Source of the DNA: an uncultured Thermoleophilia bacterium
GTDB taxonomy: Bacteria > Actinomycetota > Thermoleophilia > Gaiellales > Gaiellaceae
Length of the DNA: 64,000 bases
NCBI GenBank assembly: GCA_963733995.1
Contig: CAVTFO010000008.1
Location: 48,900-112,899, forward strand
Direction: 5' to 3'
The notes under the pieces are model-generated. The model saw only the letters and a list, made by a program, of their open reading frames with translations, ran no database searches and was not told the origin of the DNA. The translations under genes and the position numbers were made by a program. Of the stretch, positions 1 to 10,966 are shown piece after piece; within the stretch, counting starts at the first letter, position 1, and every line of letters starts with the position of its first letter.

Positions 1-11
1 GGGCGGGGACT

Positions 12-845
<834 letters not shown>

Positions 846-870
846 GGCGCGGGAGGCTACCGTCCGGCGG

Positions 871-1625
871 ATGCCGCGCGCCGCCAACGGCCTCTGGTAC
901 GACCGCACCGGCTCGGGCGAGCCGGTCGTGCTGATCCACGAGGGCGTCGTCGACTCGCGCAGCTGGGCGCCGGTCGTGCCGGCGCTCGCGGAGCGATTCG
1001 AGGTCGTCACCTACGACCAGCGCGCGTACGGGCGCTCCGACGGCTGGCACGGCCCGTACTCGCTCGTGGACGACCTCGTCGGCGTGCTCGACGAGCTCGG
1101 GATCGCGCGAGGCGGCGCTCGTCGGGGCCTCCCGCGGCGGCCGGATCGCGCTCGACACGGCGCTGACGCGGCCGGACCGGGTGACGAAGCTGGCGCTCGT
1201 CGCCTCCGGGCTCGCAGGCCGTCCGCTCAACGTCGAGGTGACGCCGGAGCAGGAGGCGCGCTGGGATGCGGCCGAGGCCGACGGCGACCTGGCGACGCTG
1301 GCGGAGATCGACCTCGAGATCTGGGCGCCGCTCGGCGCGGACGAGGAGCTCCGGCGGCTGTTCCACGAGAACGTCGAGGCGTCGAACGCCGACGACCCGG
1401 CGGTGCCGGTCGAGCCGCCGGCGGCGACGCGCCTGGCGGAGATCCAGCATCCCCACGCTCGTCGTGACCGGCGACCACGACGTCCCCGGGATCAACGAGA
1501 TCGGCGACGTCCTCGAGCGCGAGATCGAGGGCGCGCAACGCGTCGTGATCCCGAAGGCGGACCACATGATCGGCTGGCGCGCGCCCGAGAAGCTGGCCGC
1601 CGCGCTTATCGCATTCTTGCGATAG
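871..1625 (+). CDS. alpha/beta-fold hydrolase (needs 2 frame corrections as sequenced)
   Basis: ATG 871 opens [25 protein letters not shown] inside ORF 271..1467. Reading continues in the ORF 1181..1960 frame ([13 protein letters not shown]...). It ends in the ORF 1266..1625 frame ([13 protein letters not shown]...[13 protein letters not shown]). Frame breaks are near 1100 and 1445. Confidence 0.7.
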
Positions 1626-1646
1626 ATCGGCTACCCTGGCCCGCCC

Positions 1647-2550
1647 ATGACGCTCCCCTCCCTCGAGGAGCTCGCCGACCGCGCCGGCGAGCTCGACCCG
1701 CGCTTCCTCGCCCTGGCGCTCGCCTTCCAGCTCGTGAACCTCGGGCTGCGCGGCGTCGCGTGGCGGAACGTGCTCGCCGCCGCGTACCGCGGACGGCACG
1801 TGCCGGTGGTCTCCGTCGTCGCGGCCTACGCCGCCGGGGTCGCGCTGAACGCGGTCATGCCCGCGCGCGGCGGCGAGGCGGCCAAGGTGCTGCTCGTGCG
1901 GACGCGGATCCCGGGCAGCTCGGTGGCGACGATCGCGGCCTCGAGCTCGGTGCTGTCTGATCCTCGACACGGTGCTCGGCATCGCGCTCGTGAGCGGGGC
2001 CGCGGCGCTCGGCGTGCTGCCGACGCCGCCGCTCCCGTCCGTCCCGTGGCCGGCCCTCCTCGCGCTCGTGCCGCTCGTCGCGGTCGCGGCCGTGCTCGCG
2101 CGGCGGTTCGCGCCCCGCCTGCGCGGCGTCGGGCACCAGCTGCGGCAGGGCGTCGCGATCCTGGGGACGCCCGGCGCGTACGCCCGCCGCGTGGCGGCGC
2201 CGCAGGCAGTCGCCTGGCTGTGCCGCGTCGGCGTCGCCGCCTCGCTGCTCGCCGCGTTCGGGCTCTCCGCGCCGCTCACGGCCGCCGCGCTCGTCGTCGT
2301 CGCCGGCGGCCTCTCGACGGCAGTGCCCACGCCCGGCGGCGTCGGCACGCAACAGGCGCTCGTCGTGGTCGCGCTCCACGGGTGGGTGTCGGCCTCGGGC
2401 GCGTTCTCGTTCTCCGTCGCGCTGCAGCTCCTCGTCACCGCGGTGAACGCCACGATCGGGGTCGCCGCGATGATGCTGCTCGTGCGGACGCTGCGGCCGG
2501 TCGCCGCCGTGCGGGCGGGCTTCGCCGCGGCGCGGACGCGCCCGAGCTAG
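1647..2550 (+). CDS. UPF0104 / LPG-synthase-TM-type integral membrane protein (needs 1 frame correction)
   Basis: The start of ORF 1647..3089 reads LALAFQLVNLGLRGVAWRNVL...RGGEAAKVLLVR. After about 1955 it continues in ORF 1972..2550, which is multi-helix hydrophobic and has the family-typical VPTPGGVGTQQALVV. Confidence 0.55.
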
Positions 2551-2905
2551 TCGGCCGCGAGCGCAGCCGCGAGGAGCTCGCGGTCGCGGTCGTAGCTGAG
2601 CAGCTCGTCGGCTTCCGCCGGCGTCGCCCAGCGGACCTCGTCGACGTTGTCGAGCGGCTCGCGGCTCGCCGTCCGCCTCGCCGCGGAACCAGGCGACGCG
2701 CTTCGGCCGCCCGTCGGCGAGCCGGTAGCGCGTCTCCCCGACGCGCTCGCCGAGCCGGCACGCGCAGCCCGACCTCCTCCTCGAGCTCGCGCAGCGCGCA
2801 CTGCTCGTCCGTCTCCCCGGGCTCGTGCTTGCCCTTCGGGAAGCTCCAGTCGTCGCGGCTCGGCCGGTGGATCAGGAGGACGCGGCCGTCGCGGACGAGG
2901 AGCAC
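2547..2905 (-). CDS. NUDIX hydrolase (needs frame corrections)
   Basis: Nudix box GKHEPGETDEQCALRELEEEVGL lies in the tail of ORF 2435..4084(-), after GTG 2905 (VLLVRDGRVLLIHRP). The C-terminus is in the ORF 2547..2951(-) frame (VDEVRWATPAEADELLSYDRDRELL). Confidence 0.7.
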
Positions 2906-2928
2906 GCCCGGCGGCCTGGACCGGCCGC

Positions 2929-4084
2929 CTAGACCTCGACCAGAAGGGCATCGCCCTGGCCGCCGCCGGAGCAGATGGCGGCGAGGCCGAGCCCGCCGCC
3001 GTTCCGGCGCAGCTCGTGCACCATCGTCCCGACGATGCGCCCGCCCGAGGCGCCGATCGGATGCCCCAGCGCGACCGCGCCGCCGTTGACGTTCACGACC
3101 GCCTCGTCGGCGCCGAGGAGCCGGGTCGAGTTGAGCGACACCGACGCGAACGCCTCGTTGATCTCGACGCGCTCGACGTCGCTCGATCGACTTCCCGGCC
3201 TTCCCGAGCGCGATCGCGGCGGCGTTCGCGGGCGTCCGCACGAGGTACGCGAAGTCGTCGGCGACGTACCCCTGCGCCACGATCGTGGCGAGGATCTCGA
3301 GGCCGCGGCGCTTCGCGAACTCCTCCGAGGTGACGACCACGCACGAGGCGCCGTCGTTCACGCCCGGCGCGTTGCCGGCCGTCGTCGTCCCCTCGGGGTC
3401 GAAGACGGGCTTCAGCTGCGCGAGCGACTCGAGCGAGGTGTCGCGGCGGATCGACTCGTCGGCGCGTCGACGTCGCCGACCGGGACGATCTCGTCCCCGA
3501 AGCGGCCCTCGTCCTGCGCCGCGGCGGCGCGCTGGTGCGAGCGGAGCGCCCAGGCGTCCTGCTCCTCGCGCGTGATCCCGAGCTCGCGCGAGACCATCGA
3601 GTTGTGCTGGATCATGTGCTGCCGAGTCGTACGCGTCGGTGAGCCCGTCGAAGATCATCGAGTCGATCAGCTCGCCGTTGCCCATCCGGTAGCCGAAGCG
3701 GGCCTTGCGCAGCAGGTACGGCGCGTTCGACATCGACTCCATGCCGCCCGTGACGATCACCTCGTGGTCGCCGGCGCGGATCATCTGGTCGGCGATCTCG
3801 ACGGCGCGGATCGACGACGCGCAGACCTTGTTGATCGTGTCCGCGGGCGTCTCGATCGGCAGCCCGGCGCCGATCGCCGCCTGCCGCGCCGGCGCCTGCC
3901 CGGCGCCCGCCTGGAGCACCTGGCCCATGAGCACGTACTCGACCTCGCCCGGCTCGACACCGGCGCGCTCGAGCCCGGCGCGGATCACGATCGAGCCGAG
4001 CTCCGTCGCCTGGTGGCCGGCGAGGCCGCCGCCGAGCTTGCCGAACGGCGTCCGCACGGCCGAGACGATCACGGAACGGGTCAT
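2929..4084 (-). CDS. acetyl-CoA acetyltransferase (thiolase II; needs 3 frame corrections)
   Basis: Four collinear pieces. (1) ORF 2435..4084 N-terminus: [16 protein letters not shown], active-site [11 protein letters not shown]. (2) ORF 3412..3615: [20 protein letters not shown]. (3) The 2435 frame again: [24 protein letters not shown]. (4) ORF 2929..3141: [29 protein letters not shown]. Confidence 0.9.
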
Positions 4085-4110
4085 CGGATTGAGCGTAGCG
4101 AAGCCGTGCC

Positions 4111-4139
4111 TTGACGCCTCCGCGGGCGCGCCCTACGCT
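4111..4139 (+). promoter_or_regulatory. putative sigma70-type promoter of the trp operon
   Basis: TTGACG (4111-4116), a 17-nt spacer, then TACGCT (4134-4139). It sits in the 190-nt gap between the divergent thiolase start and trpE, just upstream of the leader ORF. Confidence 0.35.
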
Positions 4140-4147
4140 GGGCCTCG

Positions 4148-4213
4148 ATGATCCTCTCGCACCGCATCGACGGCTGGGCTTGGCGCCTCGGGCGGAGCGG
4201 GAGCGTGCGCTAG
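4148..4213 (+). CDS. putative trp leader peptide (21 codons, W-A-W)
   Basis: ATG 4148 to TAG 4211-4213 reads MILSHRIDGWAWRLGRSGSVR. Trp codons (TGG) are at 4175-4177 and 4181-4183. It is too short for the ORF track. Position and Trp content fit ribosome-mediated attenuation. Confidence 0.4.
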   Translation: MILSHRIDGWAWRLGRSGSVR

Positions 4214-4248
4214 CCGGCGCCGAACAACCCGAATCCGCCCCGACAATG

Positions 4249-4270
4249 CGACCCGAGGAGGGTCGTTTTT
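4249..4270 (+). terminator. putative attenuator hairpin plus T5 overlapping the trpE ribosome-binding site
   Basis: CGACCC (4249-4254), loop GAGGA, GGGTCG (4260-4265), then TTTTT (4266-4270). The SD-like GAGGAGG (4255-4261) lies in the loop and 3' arm. The trpE GTG is at 4278. Confidence 0.35.
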
Positions 4271-4277
4271 CGTTGCC

Positions 4278-5527
4278 GTGAAGACACTCGACGACACCCC
4301 GATGACCATCCACACCGACCTCCTGACGCCGCTCGGCGCGTACCTCCGGCTGCGCGAGGGCGCGCGGGCGTCGTTCCTGCTGGAGTCGGTCGAGCGCGGC
4401 CGGCTCGGGCGCTACTCGTTCGTCGGCGCGGGCTCGCGGCTCGTCTTCCTCGAACGAGGCGGAGGCGCTGGCCGAGCCGGTCGTCGGCTACGTCGGCTAC
4501 GACTGGGCGGCCCGGCTGGAGCCGACGGTGCCGCTCCCGGCGGACGGGCCCGACGTTCCCCGGCTCGCGCTTCGTCGTCGCGGAGACGCTCGTCCGCTTC
4601 GACCACGTCACCGGGGTGGCGGAGGTGCTCGTCGGCGACCCCGGCGCGGTGGCCGCAGCGCTCGACGGCCCGCTGCCCGAGGTCGCGCCGGGCGAGGGCT
4701 CGGCGGGGCCGCTCCGCCGCTTCCCCGAGCAGGCGGTCTACGAGGCGAGCGTCCGCCGCGCGCAGGAGCACATCCGCGCGGGCGACGCGTTCCAGATCGT
4801 CCTCTCGCAGCGGGCCGAGCGCCCGACGAGCGCGTCGCCGCTCGCCGTCTACCGGGCGCTCCGGCGCGTGAACCCCTCGCCGTACCTCTTCCTGCTGGAG
4901 CTCGACGGGATCGCGCTCGTCGGCTCCTCGCCCGAGACGCTCGTCAAGTGCGAAGGCCGGCGCGCCTCGCTGAACCCGATCGCCGGGACGACGACGCCCG
5001 GCGAGGGCGACGCCGAGCGGCTGCTCGCCTCCGAGAAGGACCGGGCCGAGCACGTGATGCTCGTCGACCTCGGCCGGAACGACCTCTCGCGCGTGTGCCG
5101 GCCGGGCTCGGTGCGCGTCGAGCGGTTCATGGAGGCGGAGCGCTTCTCGCACGTCACCCACCTCGTCTCGGAGGTCGTCGGCGAGCTCCAGCAGGGCGTC
5201 GGCCCGTTCGACCTCCTGCGCGCGACCTTCCCTGCGGGCACGGTCTCCGGGGCGCCGAAGGTGCGTGCGATGCAGATCATCTCCGAGCTCGAGGGGCACC
5301 GGCGCGGGCCGTACGCCGGCGCCGTCGGCTACGCGCTGCCGGACGGGACGCTGGACACCTGCATCGCGATCCGCACGGTCGTGCTGCAGGACGGGGTCGC
5401 GTACCTCCAGGCCGGCGCGGGCATCGTCGCCGACAGCGACCCGGAGGCGGAGCACCGCGAGTGCCTGAGCAAGCTCGCCGCGATCGAGGCGGCGATCGAC
5501 CTGGCGGAGCGGGAGGGCGCCACGTGA
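4278..5527 (+). CDS. trpE: anthranilate synthase component I (needs 2 frame corrections)
   Basis: ORF 4278..4871 starts MKTLDDTPMTIHTDLLTPLGAYLRL. The middle is in the ORF 4528 frame (VGYVGYDWAARLEPTVPLPADGPD). The rest is ORF 4616..5527 (PSPYLFLLEL, NPIAGT, LLASEKDRAEHVMLVDLGRND, GTVSGAPKVRAMQII, RGPYAGAVGY). Breaks are near 4445 and 4557. Confidence 0.92.
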
Positions 5528-6088
5528 TCTTGCTCGTCGACAACTACGACTCGTTCACGTACAACCTCGCGCACCTGTTCGGCGAGCTGGGCGCGGAGGT
5601 GGTCGTGCGGCGCAACGACGCGATCGACGCCGACGAGGCGGAGCGGCTGGCGCCGTCGCACCTCGTCATCTCCCCCGGTCCCGGCCGGCCGGGCGACGCC
5701 GGCGCCTCGATCGAGATCCTGCGCCGGCTCGGCCCGACGACGCCGACCCTCGGCGTGTGCCTCGGGCACCAGGCGATCGTCGAGGCGTTCGGCGGCGAGG
5801 TCGGGCAGGCGCGGGAGCTGGTGCACGGCAAGGCGACCGAGGTCACGCACGACGGCCGCGGCGTCTTCGCGGGCCTGCCGGAGCGCTTCGCCGTCGGCCG
5901 CTACCACTCGCTCGCGGCGCACGCGGATACCGGACGTGCTCGAGATCACGTCGCACGCGGCGGACGGCGAGGTGATGGGCGTCCGGCACCGCGAGCTCCC
6001 GATCGAGGGCGTGCAGTTCCATCCCGAGTCGGTGCTGACGCCGGAGGGGCCGGCGCTCGCGCGGAACTTCCTCGAGGCGCAGCCGTGA
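5524..6088 (+). CDS. trpG: anthranilate synthase component II / glutamine amidotransferase (needs 1 frame correction)
   Basis: GTG 5524 overlaps the trpE TGA (GTGA). Reads [15 protein letters not shown], catalytic-Cys motif GVCLGHQAI, and after a break near 5930 [14 protein letters not shown]. Stop is TGA 6086-6088. Confidence 0.9.
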
Positions 6089-7129
6089 TCGGCGTGCAGC
6101 AGGCGCTGACGCGGGTGCTCGACGGTCACAACCTGACGCGCGCCGAGGCGCGCGAGGTGATGGGCGAGATCATGCGCGGCGAGGCGACGCCGGCGCAGAT
6201 CGCAGGGCTTCCTCGTCGCGCTGCGGGCGAAGGGCGAGACGGCCGAGGAGATCGCCGGCTCGGCCGAGGCGATGCGGGAGCACGTCGTGCCGGTGCGGCC
6301 GACGCGCGACGACCTGGTCGACACCGCCGGGACGGGCGGCGACGGCGCGCACACGCTGAACATCTCGACCGCGGCGGCGCTCGTCGCGGCGGCGGCCGGC
6401 GCCGCGGTGGCGAAGCACGGCAACCGGGCCGTCTCGTCGTCGTCGGGGTCGGCGGACGTCCTCGAGGCGCTCGGCTTCGAGCTCGAGCTCGCGCCGGAGC
6501 GGATCGCGGGCTCGATCGACGAGCTCGGGTTCGGCTTCATGTTCGCGCCGACGCACCACCCGGCGATGAAGCACGCGGCACCCGTGCGCCGCGAGCTCGC
6601 GACGCGCACGGTCTTCAACGTGCTCGGCCCGCTGACGAACCCGGCCGGCGCGCGGGCACAGGTCGTCGGCGTCTACGCGCCGGGCCTCGTCCGCACGATC
6701 GCGGAGGTGCTCGCGCAGCTCGGCGCGCGCCGGGCGTTCGTCGTCCACGGTGCCGGCGGGATCGACGAGCTCTCGCCCGCCGGCCCGAATCTCGTCGCGG
6801 AGGTCGTCGACGGCGAGGTGACACGAGCGCGAGATCGACCCGCTCGACCTCGGCGTCCCGCGCTGCGAGCCCGGAGGCGCTGCGCGGCGGGTCACCCGGA
6901 GGACAACGCCGGGATCATCCGCCGCGTCCTCGCCGGCGCGGACGGCGGCGCGCGCGACGCGATCCTCCTCAACGCCGCGGGCGCGATCGCCGCCGCCGGG
7001 CACGCGGCCGACCTCCGCGACGGGCTCGAGCTCGCCCGCGCGGCCGTCGACTCGGGCGCCGCGGCGGAACGGGTGGAGCAGCTCGTCGCCTACTCTCGAG
7101 GGACATGGGACGCTTCCGCGACGCCCTGA
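6085..7129 (+). CDS. trpD: anthranilate phosphoribosyltransferase (needs frame corrections)
   Basis: GTG 6085 overlaps the trpG stop (GTGA). Motifs: [49 protein letters not shown]. Breaks are near 6205, plus a compensating pair at about 6825-6900. Ends with ORF 6272..7129. Confidence 0.9.
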
Positions 7130-7793
7130 GCGCGCCCGGGCTCGGCGCGATCGCCGAGATCAAGCGCCGCTCGCCCTCGGCGGGCGACCTGCGGCCGGAC
7201 GCCGACCCGGCGCGCCTCGCGCCGGCGTACGCGCGCGCGGGCGCGGGGGCCGTGTCGGTGCTCGTGGACGCGCGGTTCGGCGGGACGTGGGACGACCTGC
7301 GGGCGGCGCGCGCCGCCTCGGACGTGCCGCTGCTGGCGAAGGGCTTCTTCACGACGGTCGACGACCTGCGCACGGCGAAGGAGTCGGGCGCGGATGCCGT
7401 CCTCCTCCTGCTCCGCGACCTGGACGACGGCCGCTACGCGGAGCTGTCCCGTGCGGCGGACGAGCTCGGGCTGGACGCGCTGACGGAGGCGCACGACGCG
7501 GCCGAGCTCGACCGCGCGATCGCCCTCGACGCGCCGGTGATCGGGGTGAACGCGCGCGACCTCTCGACCTTCGTCATCGACCGCGAGGCGCAGCTCCGCC
7601 TCGTCGCGCGGCGCGGGGACTGCGGCTCGACCGCAAAGTCGTCGTGGTCGCGGAGAGCGGGATCGAGTCTCGCGCGCAGGGCGCCGCCGCCGAGCTCGCC
7701 GGCGCGGACGCCGATCCTCGTCGGCTCGGCGCTGATGCGCGCCGCGGATCCCGGCCGCGAAGCTCGAGGAGCTGCTCTCGCGCCCGCTCGTGA
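7105..7793 (+). CDS. trpC: indole-3-glycerol-phosphate synthase (needs about 3 frame corrections; 3' end ambiguous)
   Basis: ATG 7105 ([27 protein letters not shown]). Motifs: LLAKGFF, VIGVNARDL, VVVAESGI, ILVGSALMRAADP. The final AAKLEELLSRPL is in the same frame as the trpF GTG 7790. A TGA at 7791-7793 exists only in another frame. Confidence 0.83.
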
Positions 7794-8280
7794 AGGTGTG
7801 CGGGCTCACGCGGCAGGAGGACGTCGACGTGGCCGTCGCGGCCGGCGCCGACCTGGCCGGGTTCGTCCTGGCCGCGGAGTCGCCGCGCCGAGCTGCACGC
7901 GTGCTCGACGTGCCGGACACGGTGCTGTCGGTCGCCGTCCATGTCGGCGAGGCGAGCGAGGACGGCGCCGACCTCGTCCAGCTGTACGGGCGCGTCGACG
8001 GCCACCGTTCCCGCGAGGCGACGCTGCTGCGCGACGGGGCCGAGGTCGCGCGCGTCCTCGACCTGCCCTGGGAAGGCGAGGATCCAGAGCACCACGCGCG
8101 CGCCGCGGAGGCGACCGGGCCGGATCGTGCTCGCCGGGAAGCTCGGGCCGGACAACGTCGCCGCGGCGGTCGCGCGCGTCCGTCCCTGGGCGGTGGACGC
8201 GTCGTCGCGGCTCGAGACGGAGCCCGGGTGTGAAGGACCACGCGAAGGTGCGCGAGTTCGTGGCGGCGGCGCGGTGCTAG
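7790..8280 (+). CDS. trpF: phosphoribosylanthranilate isomerase (needs 2 frame corrections)
   Basis: ORF 7790..8233 reads [26 protein letters not shown]. Then [17 protein letters not shown]...[11 protein letters not shown] in the ORF 7941 frame. Then [17 protein letters not shown] in the ORF 4528 frame. Stop is TAG 8278-8280. Confidence 0.85.
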
Positions 8281-9399
8281 AGCTCGGCGCCTACGGCGGG
8301 CGCTACGTCCCCGAGACGCTCGTCCCGGCGCTCGACGAGCTCGAGGCGGGCTGGCGGGCCGCGCAGGCCGATCCGGGCTTCGCGGCCGAGCTCCACGGGC
8401 TGCTGACCTCGTACGTCGGCCGGCCGACGCCGCTGTACCGCGCCGAGCGCCTGCGCCCGACGATCTATCTCAAGCGCGAGGACCTCAACCACACGGGCGC
8501 GCACAAGATCAACAACGCGGTCGGGCAGGCGCTCCTGGCGCGGCGGCTCGGCAAGCAGCGCATCGTCGCCGAGACGGGCGCCGGCCAGCACGGCGTGGCG
8601 ACCGCGACCGTCTGCGCGCGCTTCGGCCTCGAGTGCGTCGTCTACATGGGCTCCGAGGACATGCGTCGGCAGGGGCCGAACGTCGAGCGGATGCGGCTGC
8701 TCGGCGCGGAGGTCGTCCCGGTCGAGTTCGGCACGCGCACGCTGAAGGAGGCGACGAGCGAGGCCATCCGTGACTGGATCACGAACGTCGAGACGACCTA
8801 CTACCTGATCGGCTCGTGCGTCGGCCCGGCGCCGTATCCCGAGCTCGTGCGCGAGCTGCAGGCCGTGATCGGCCGCGAGGCGCGGGAGCAGGTGCTCGCC
8901 GAGGAAGGGCGGCTGCCGGACGCCGTGGTCGCGTGCGTCGGCGGCGGCTCCAACGCGATCGGCCTGTTCGCCGGGTTCGTCGACGACCCCGAGGTGCGAC
9001 TCGTCGGCGTCGAGGCGGCGGGCGCGGCGTCGCTCGGGAGCGGGCGGCCCGGGCGTCCTCCACGGCGCGCGCTCGTCGATCCTCGCCGACGAGGACGGCC
9101 AGATCGCCGACGCGCACTCGATCTCGGCCGGGCTCGACTACCCGGGCGTCGGGCCCGAGCACGCGTACCTCCGCGACAGCGGCCGCGCCGAGTACCTGAC
9201 GGCGACGGACGAGGAGGCGCTGGACGCGTTCCGCCTGCTCACCGAGCGCGAGGGGATCATCCCGGCGCTCGAGCCGTCGCACGCGCTCGCGAGGGCGCTC
9301 GACCTCGACGCGGAGCTCGTCGTCGTCGGGCTCTCGGGCCGGGGCGACAAGGATCTCGCCGAGGTGCTCGCGCGGCTCGACGGGCTCGAGGCCGTGTAG
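8274..9399 (+). CDS. trpB: tryptophan synthase beta chain (needs 1 frame correction)
   Basis: GTG 8274 overlaps the trpF stop. Motifs: [25 protein letters not shown] (PLP lysine), [20 protein letters not shown]. After a break near 9045: [34 protein letters not shown]. Stop is TAG 9397-9399. Confidence 0.92.
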
Positions 9400-9500
9400 A
9401 TGCACACGCGTGAAACCCCGGGTCCCGACCCGCCCCCCTGCTCAGGCGCCAGCCTACCGCCGAGGTCCGCACCGGTGGGTGACGACTCCGTGCCGACTCC

Positions 9501-10212
9501 GTGACGAAGACGCTCGCGATCTACCTGATGAGCGGGCCGGAGACGCCGGCGCTCGCGGAGGCCGCGGTCGAGGCCGGCGCCGACCTCGTCGAGCTCGGGT
9601 TCCCGTTCTCCGACCCGCTGGCCGACGGGCCCGTCATCCGCCGCGCCGCCGAGCGCGCGCTCGCGCAGGGCATGCGGACGCGCGCCTGCCTCGAGTGCCT
9701 CGCGGAGACGAGAGCGCGGGTCGACGTCCCGCTCGTGCCGATGACGTACGCGTCTCTGCTCGAGGCGTACGGCTACGACCGGTTCGCCGCCGACGCGCGC
9801 GCGGCCGGCGCGACCTCGCTCATCGTCGCCGACCTGCCCGTCGAGGCGCACCCGGAGCTCGAGCGCGTGCAGCTCGTCGCGCCAACCTCGACGGACGAGC
9901 GCATCGCCGCCGCGGCCGCGCGCACCGACGGCTGGCTCTACCTCGTCAGCCTGACCGGGACGACGGGCGCCCGCGACCGAGCTCTCGCCCGCGCTCGCCG
10001 GCCTCGCCCAACGGGCCCGCGCGCTCACCGACGTGACGCTCTACGCCGGCTTCGGGATCTCGACCCGGGAGCATGCCGCCGCCGCCGCGGCACTCGCCGA
10101 CGGCATCGTCGTCGGCTCGGCTGCCGTCCTCGCCGCGGAGGATGGGCCTGACGCGCTCGCAGCACTCGTGCGCGGCCTGCGCGCAGGGCTCGACTCGGCC
10201 GTTCCCGCCTAG
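9501..10212 (+). CDS. trpA: tryptophan synthase alpha chain (needs 1 frame correction; unusually short N-terminus)
   Basis: ORF 9501..10151 starts at GTG 9501 (MTKTLAIYLMSGPE...ELGFPFSDPLADGPVI). After a break near 9975 it reads ELSPALAGLAQRARALTDVTLYAGFGISTREHA...VGSAAV. Stop is TAG 10210-10212. An in-frame TGA at 9480-9482 blocks any upstream extension. Confidence 0.88.
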
Positions 10213-10903
10213 GACCCGGGCGCGTTCGAGACGGGCGCGGGCGAGCGCCACGCTCGTCCCCGCGTCCTGGTCGCCGAGGACGCTCGCGGCGAGCTCGTTC
10301 GCCTCCCGGATCAGGCGCTCGCGCTCTGTTTCCAGGCCGCTCCGGACGACGAGCAGCGCGGCCGCGACGCGCGAGGCCCACTCGTCGACGCCGGCCAGGC
10401 CGGGCTCGGGCGGCTCGAGCCCCGTGCGCGAGATCCTCGGCACCTCCGCGAGCCGACGCGACAGCGCCCGCGCCTCCTCCTCGATCGCCGGAATCGCCGC
10501 CTCTCCCTCGGCCAGCTCCCGTTCGAGCTCGGCGCGTGCGGCAGTCGCCCGCTCGAGCCGACGCTCCCCCGCCGCGAGCGAGTCGCGGGCGCGCTCGAGC
10601 GCACGCTGCGCGGACGCGAGCCGCCGCTCGTCGCGGGAGCGCTCGGCCTGCGCGAGCTCCGCCTCGGCCCGGGCCACCTCCTCGCGTCGGCGCTCGAGCT
10701 CGCCGTTCGGCCTCCCCGAGCGCGACGTTCGCCGCCGCGCGGCGCTCCGGCGCCGACGCGATCAACGCAGCGAGCGCCGCGGCCCGTTCGCGGAGCGCGC
10801 CGACCTCGCGCTGCAGCGCGTCGACCTCGTCGAGCGCGGCCGCGAGCCGCTCGTCGTCCTCCTCCAGCCGCCGGGCCAGCTCGATCGCGCGGTCGTCGAC
10901 CAC
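10209..10903 (-). CDS. hypothetical coiled-coil protein (needs frame correction; 3' end uncertain)
   Basis: GTG 10903 opens VVDDRAIELARRLEEDDERLAAALDEVDALQREVGALRERAAAL in the ORF 10025..12202(-) frame. It continues in ORF 9946..10677(-), which is heptad-like and E/R/A/L-rich (AELAQAERSRDERRLASAQRALERARD). The tracked ORF runs on into trpA. Confidence 0.4.
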
Positions 10904-10966
10904 GAGTCGAGTATGCCGAGTCCGGAACGCGCTACACCTCCGGCGTGGAGCTCGAGGAGACCGACC

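Noticed and set aside
4302-4304. ATG 4302 (MTIHTDLL) as an alternative trpE start, which would move the hairpin and T-tract further from the start codon.
   Set aside because: No SD-like sequence precedes it, whereas GAGGAGG precedes GTG 4278, and the ORF track opens at 4278. I kept it as a possibility, but it does not change the leader/attenuator interpretation.
4528-8280. A 1250-aa ORF spanning trpE to trpF, as if it were one polyprotein.
   Set aside because: trpG, trpD and trpC happen to start in this frame, and frame errors remove the stops that would separate the pieces. Large parts translate to Arg/Ala/Gly-rich nonsense, while the real motifs sit in other frames.
10208-10213. A CCTAGG palindrome at three convergent gene ends (10208-10213, 21643-21648, 53214-19) that could supply TAG stops on both strands.
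   Set aside because: It is striking by eye, but only at 21643-21648 do both tracked ORFs actually stop there. At the other two sites the minus-strand gene reaches the TAG only after a hypothetical frame correction. With this base composition about twenty CCTAGG sites are expected by chance in 64 kb, so I treat it as coincidence. A genome-wide count at convergent junctions would settle it.
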